Source: Octopus sinensis (lineage: Eukaryota). Taken from it: a DNA stretch of 64,000 bases. The DNA lies in the NCBI RefSeq assembly GCF_006345805.1, contig NC_043012.1:34224001-34288000 (forward strand), read 5' to 3'. Position numbers and translations under genes: made by a program. Below are positions 62,992 through 64,000 of the stretch, piece after piece. The first letter of the stretch is position 1. Every line of letters starts with the position of its first letter. The notes beneath the pieces were generated by a model, which did no database searches, had not been told where the DNA came from, and saw only the letters and a list, made by a program, of their open reading frames with translations.

Positions 62992-63655
62992 GTAAGTTCC
63001 CTGGAATAAAAGAGAGATTGCTGTAGGACGATAAATAATTATTGATGAGCACTTAATGTTTATGTATTGAGTGTGGTTGAACTCTACGCAACCCTTCCAA
63101 ATATTGGAATCTGGTGATTGTATCAGAGATCTGTAGCATTGGATTCGATCTCACGTTCTACCACATTGAAATCACATTTTGATCATGTGTGCAAACCCAA
63201 TCGTTATCCAATTGTTCACGTGATTGTTCGGTAGTTTGTCAACTTTTCGTGAACAACAGCCGTTGATTGGATAACAATTAAGGGGCGGCGAGCTGGCAGA
63301 AACATTAGCACGCCGGACGAAATACGTAGCCGTATTTCGTCTGCCGTTACGTTCTGAGTTCAATGTGTGAAATGCCTTGAAAGCTTTTGTTGTGAAAAGG
63401 AAGCTAGAAAGATTAGAGGTAAATATAGTCTGTACGAAGAAGACGACGACGAATTCTGTTGAGATTTTTGATTAACAGAATTTCGTTCTTTTCGTACACA
63501 AAACCCCTCCACGAATATTGTCGTTATTATGAGCGACAAAACGTCAAGAGTTTTGAATGTTATTGTTTTTGGTGTCGCAGATAAAGTGTCAGTCGCCTTC
63601 CGACTGCCGACGTTTAATGCCGTTCGTCCTCTGACCCCTCTTTTTCTCAACCTCT

Positions 63656-63875
63656 GCGAGCTGGCAGAAACGTTAGCACGCTGGGCGAAATGCGTAGCCG
63701 TGTTTTGTTCTGAGTTCAAATTCCGCTGAGGTCCACTTTGCCTTTCATCCTTTCGAGGGGTCGATAAATTAAGTACCAGTTACGCACTGGGGTCGATATA
63801 ATCGACTTAATCCGTTAGTCTGTCCTTGTTTGTCCTTTCTGTGTTTAGCCCCTTGTGGGCAGTAAAGAAATAGGT
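63656..63875 (+). mobile_element. SINE family A (head-only fragment also at 63283-63363)
   Basis: Match to the family consensus seen in the window. Confidence 0.85.
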
Positions 63876-64000
63876 TAATAAAGAAATTGACTGTTCATTG
63901 CCTTTAATGCTGTTAGCTGTTGTTCGCCGTCTCTTTTGGTCAACACCTATAGTGTCTGCCAATATCCTCTCCCTGCTTATATCTCAAGGTTCTCTGTCTT

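Overview
AT-rich, repeat-dense eukaryotic genomic DNA. It is most likely an octopus or other coleoid cephalopod, inferred from the SINE/LINE families and microsatellite load rather than proven. Two spliced protein-coding genes lie on the + strand. (1) A vertebrate-like (type 2, CRY-m) cryptochrome has 11 coding exons between 13283 and 27287; its first coding exon was not found and is probably upstream of the window. (2) A secreted DNase I-family endonuclease has 5 coding exons between 52125 and 62991; its 3' exons lie beyond the window. The rest is transposon-derived: RTE and CR1 LINE pieces (including a young BovB-like RTE), several tRNA-SINE families, five copies of a non-autonomous Helitron, TTAA and hAT MITEs, and foldback elements. 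Most ORFs in the supplied track are microsatellite or repeat artefacts. The most notable observations are: inverted-repeat elements carrying minimal hammerhead-ribozyme cores with all of C-G, U-A and G-C at the 3-8 pair; a genomic Ser (AGT) at a conserved cryptochrome Gly that A-to-I editing would restore; a PHD-type finger inside an RTE reverse transcriptase relic; and a young templated inverted duplication plus duplicated micro-exon candidates in the DNase introns. All coordinates and RNA structures were read by eye.
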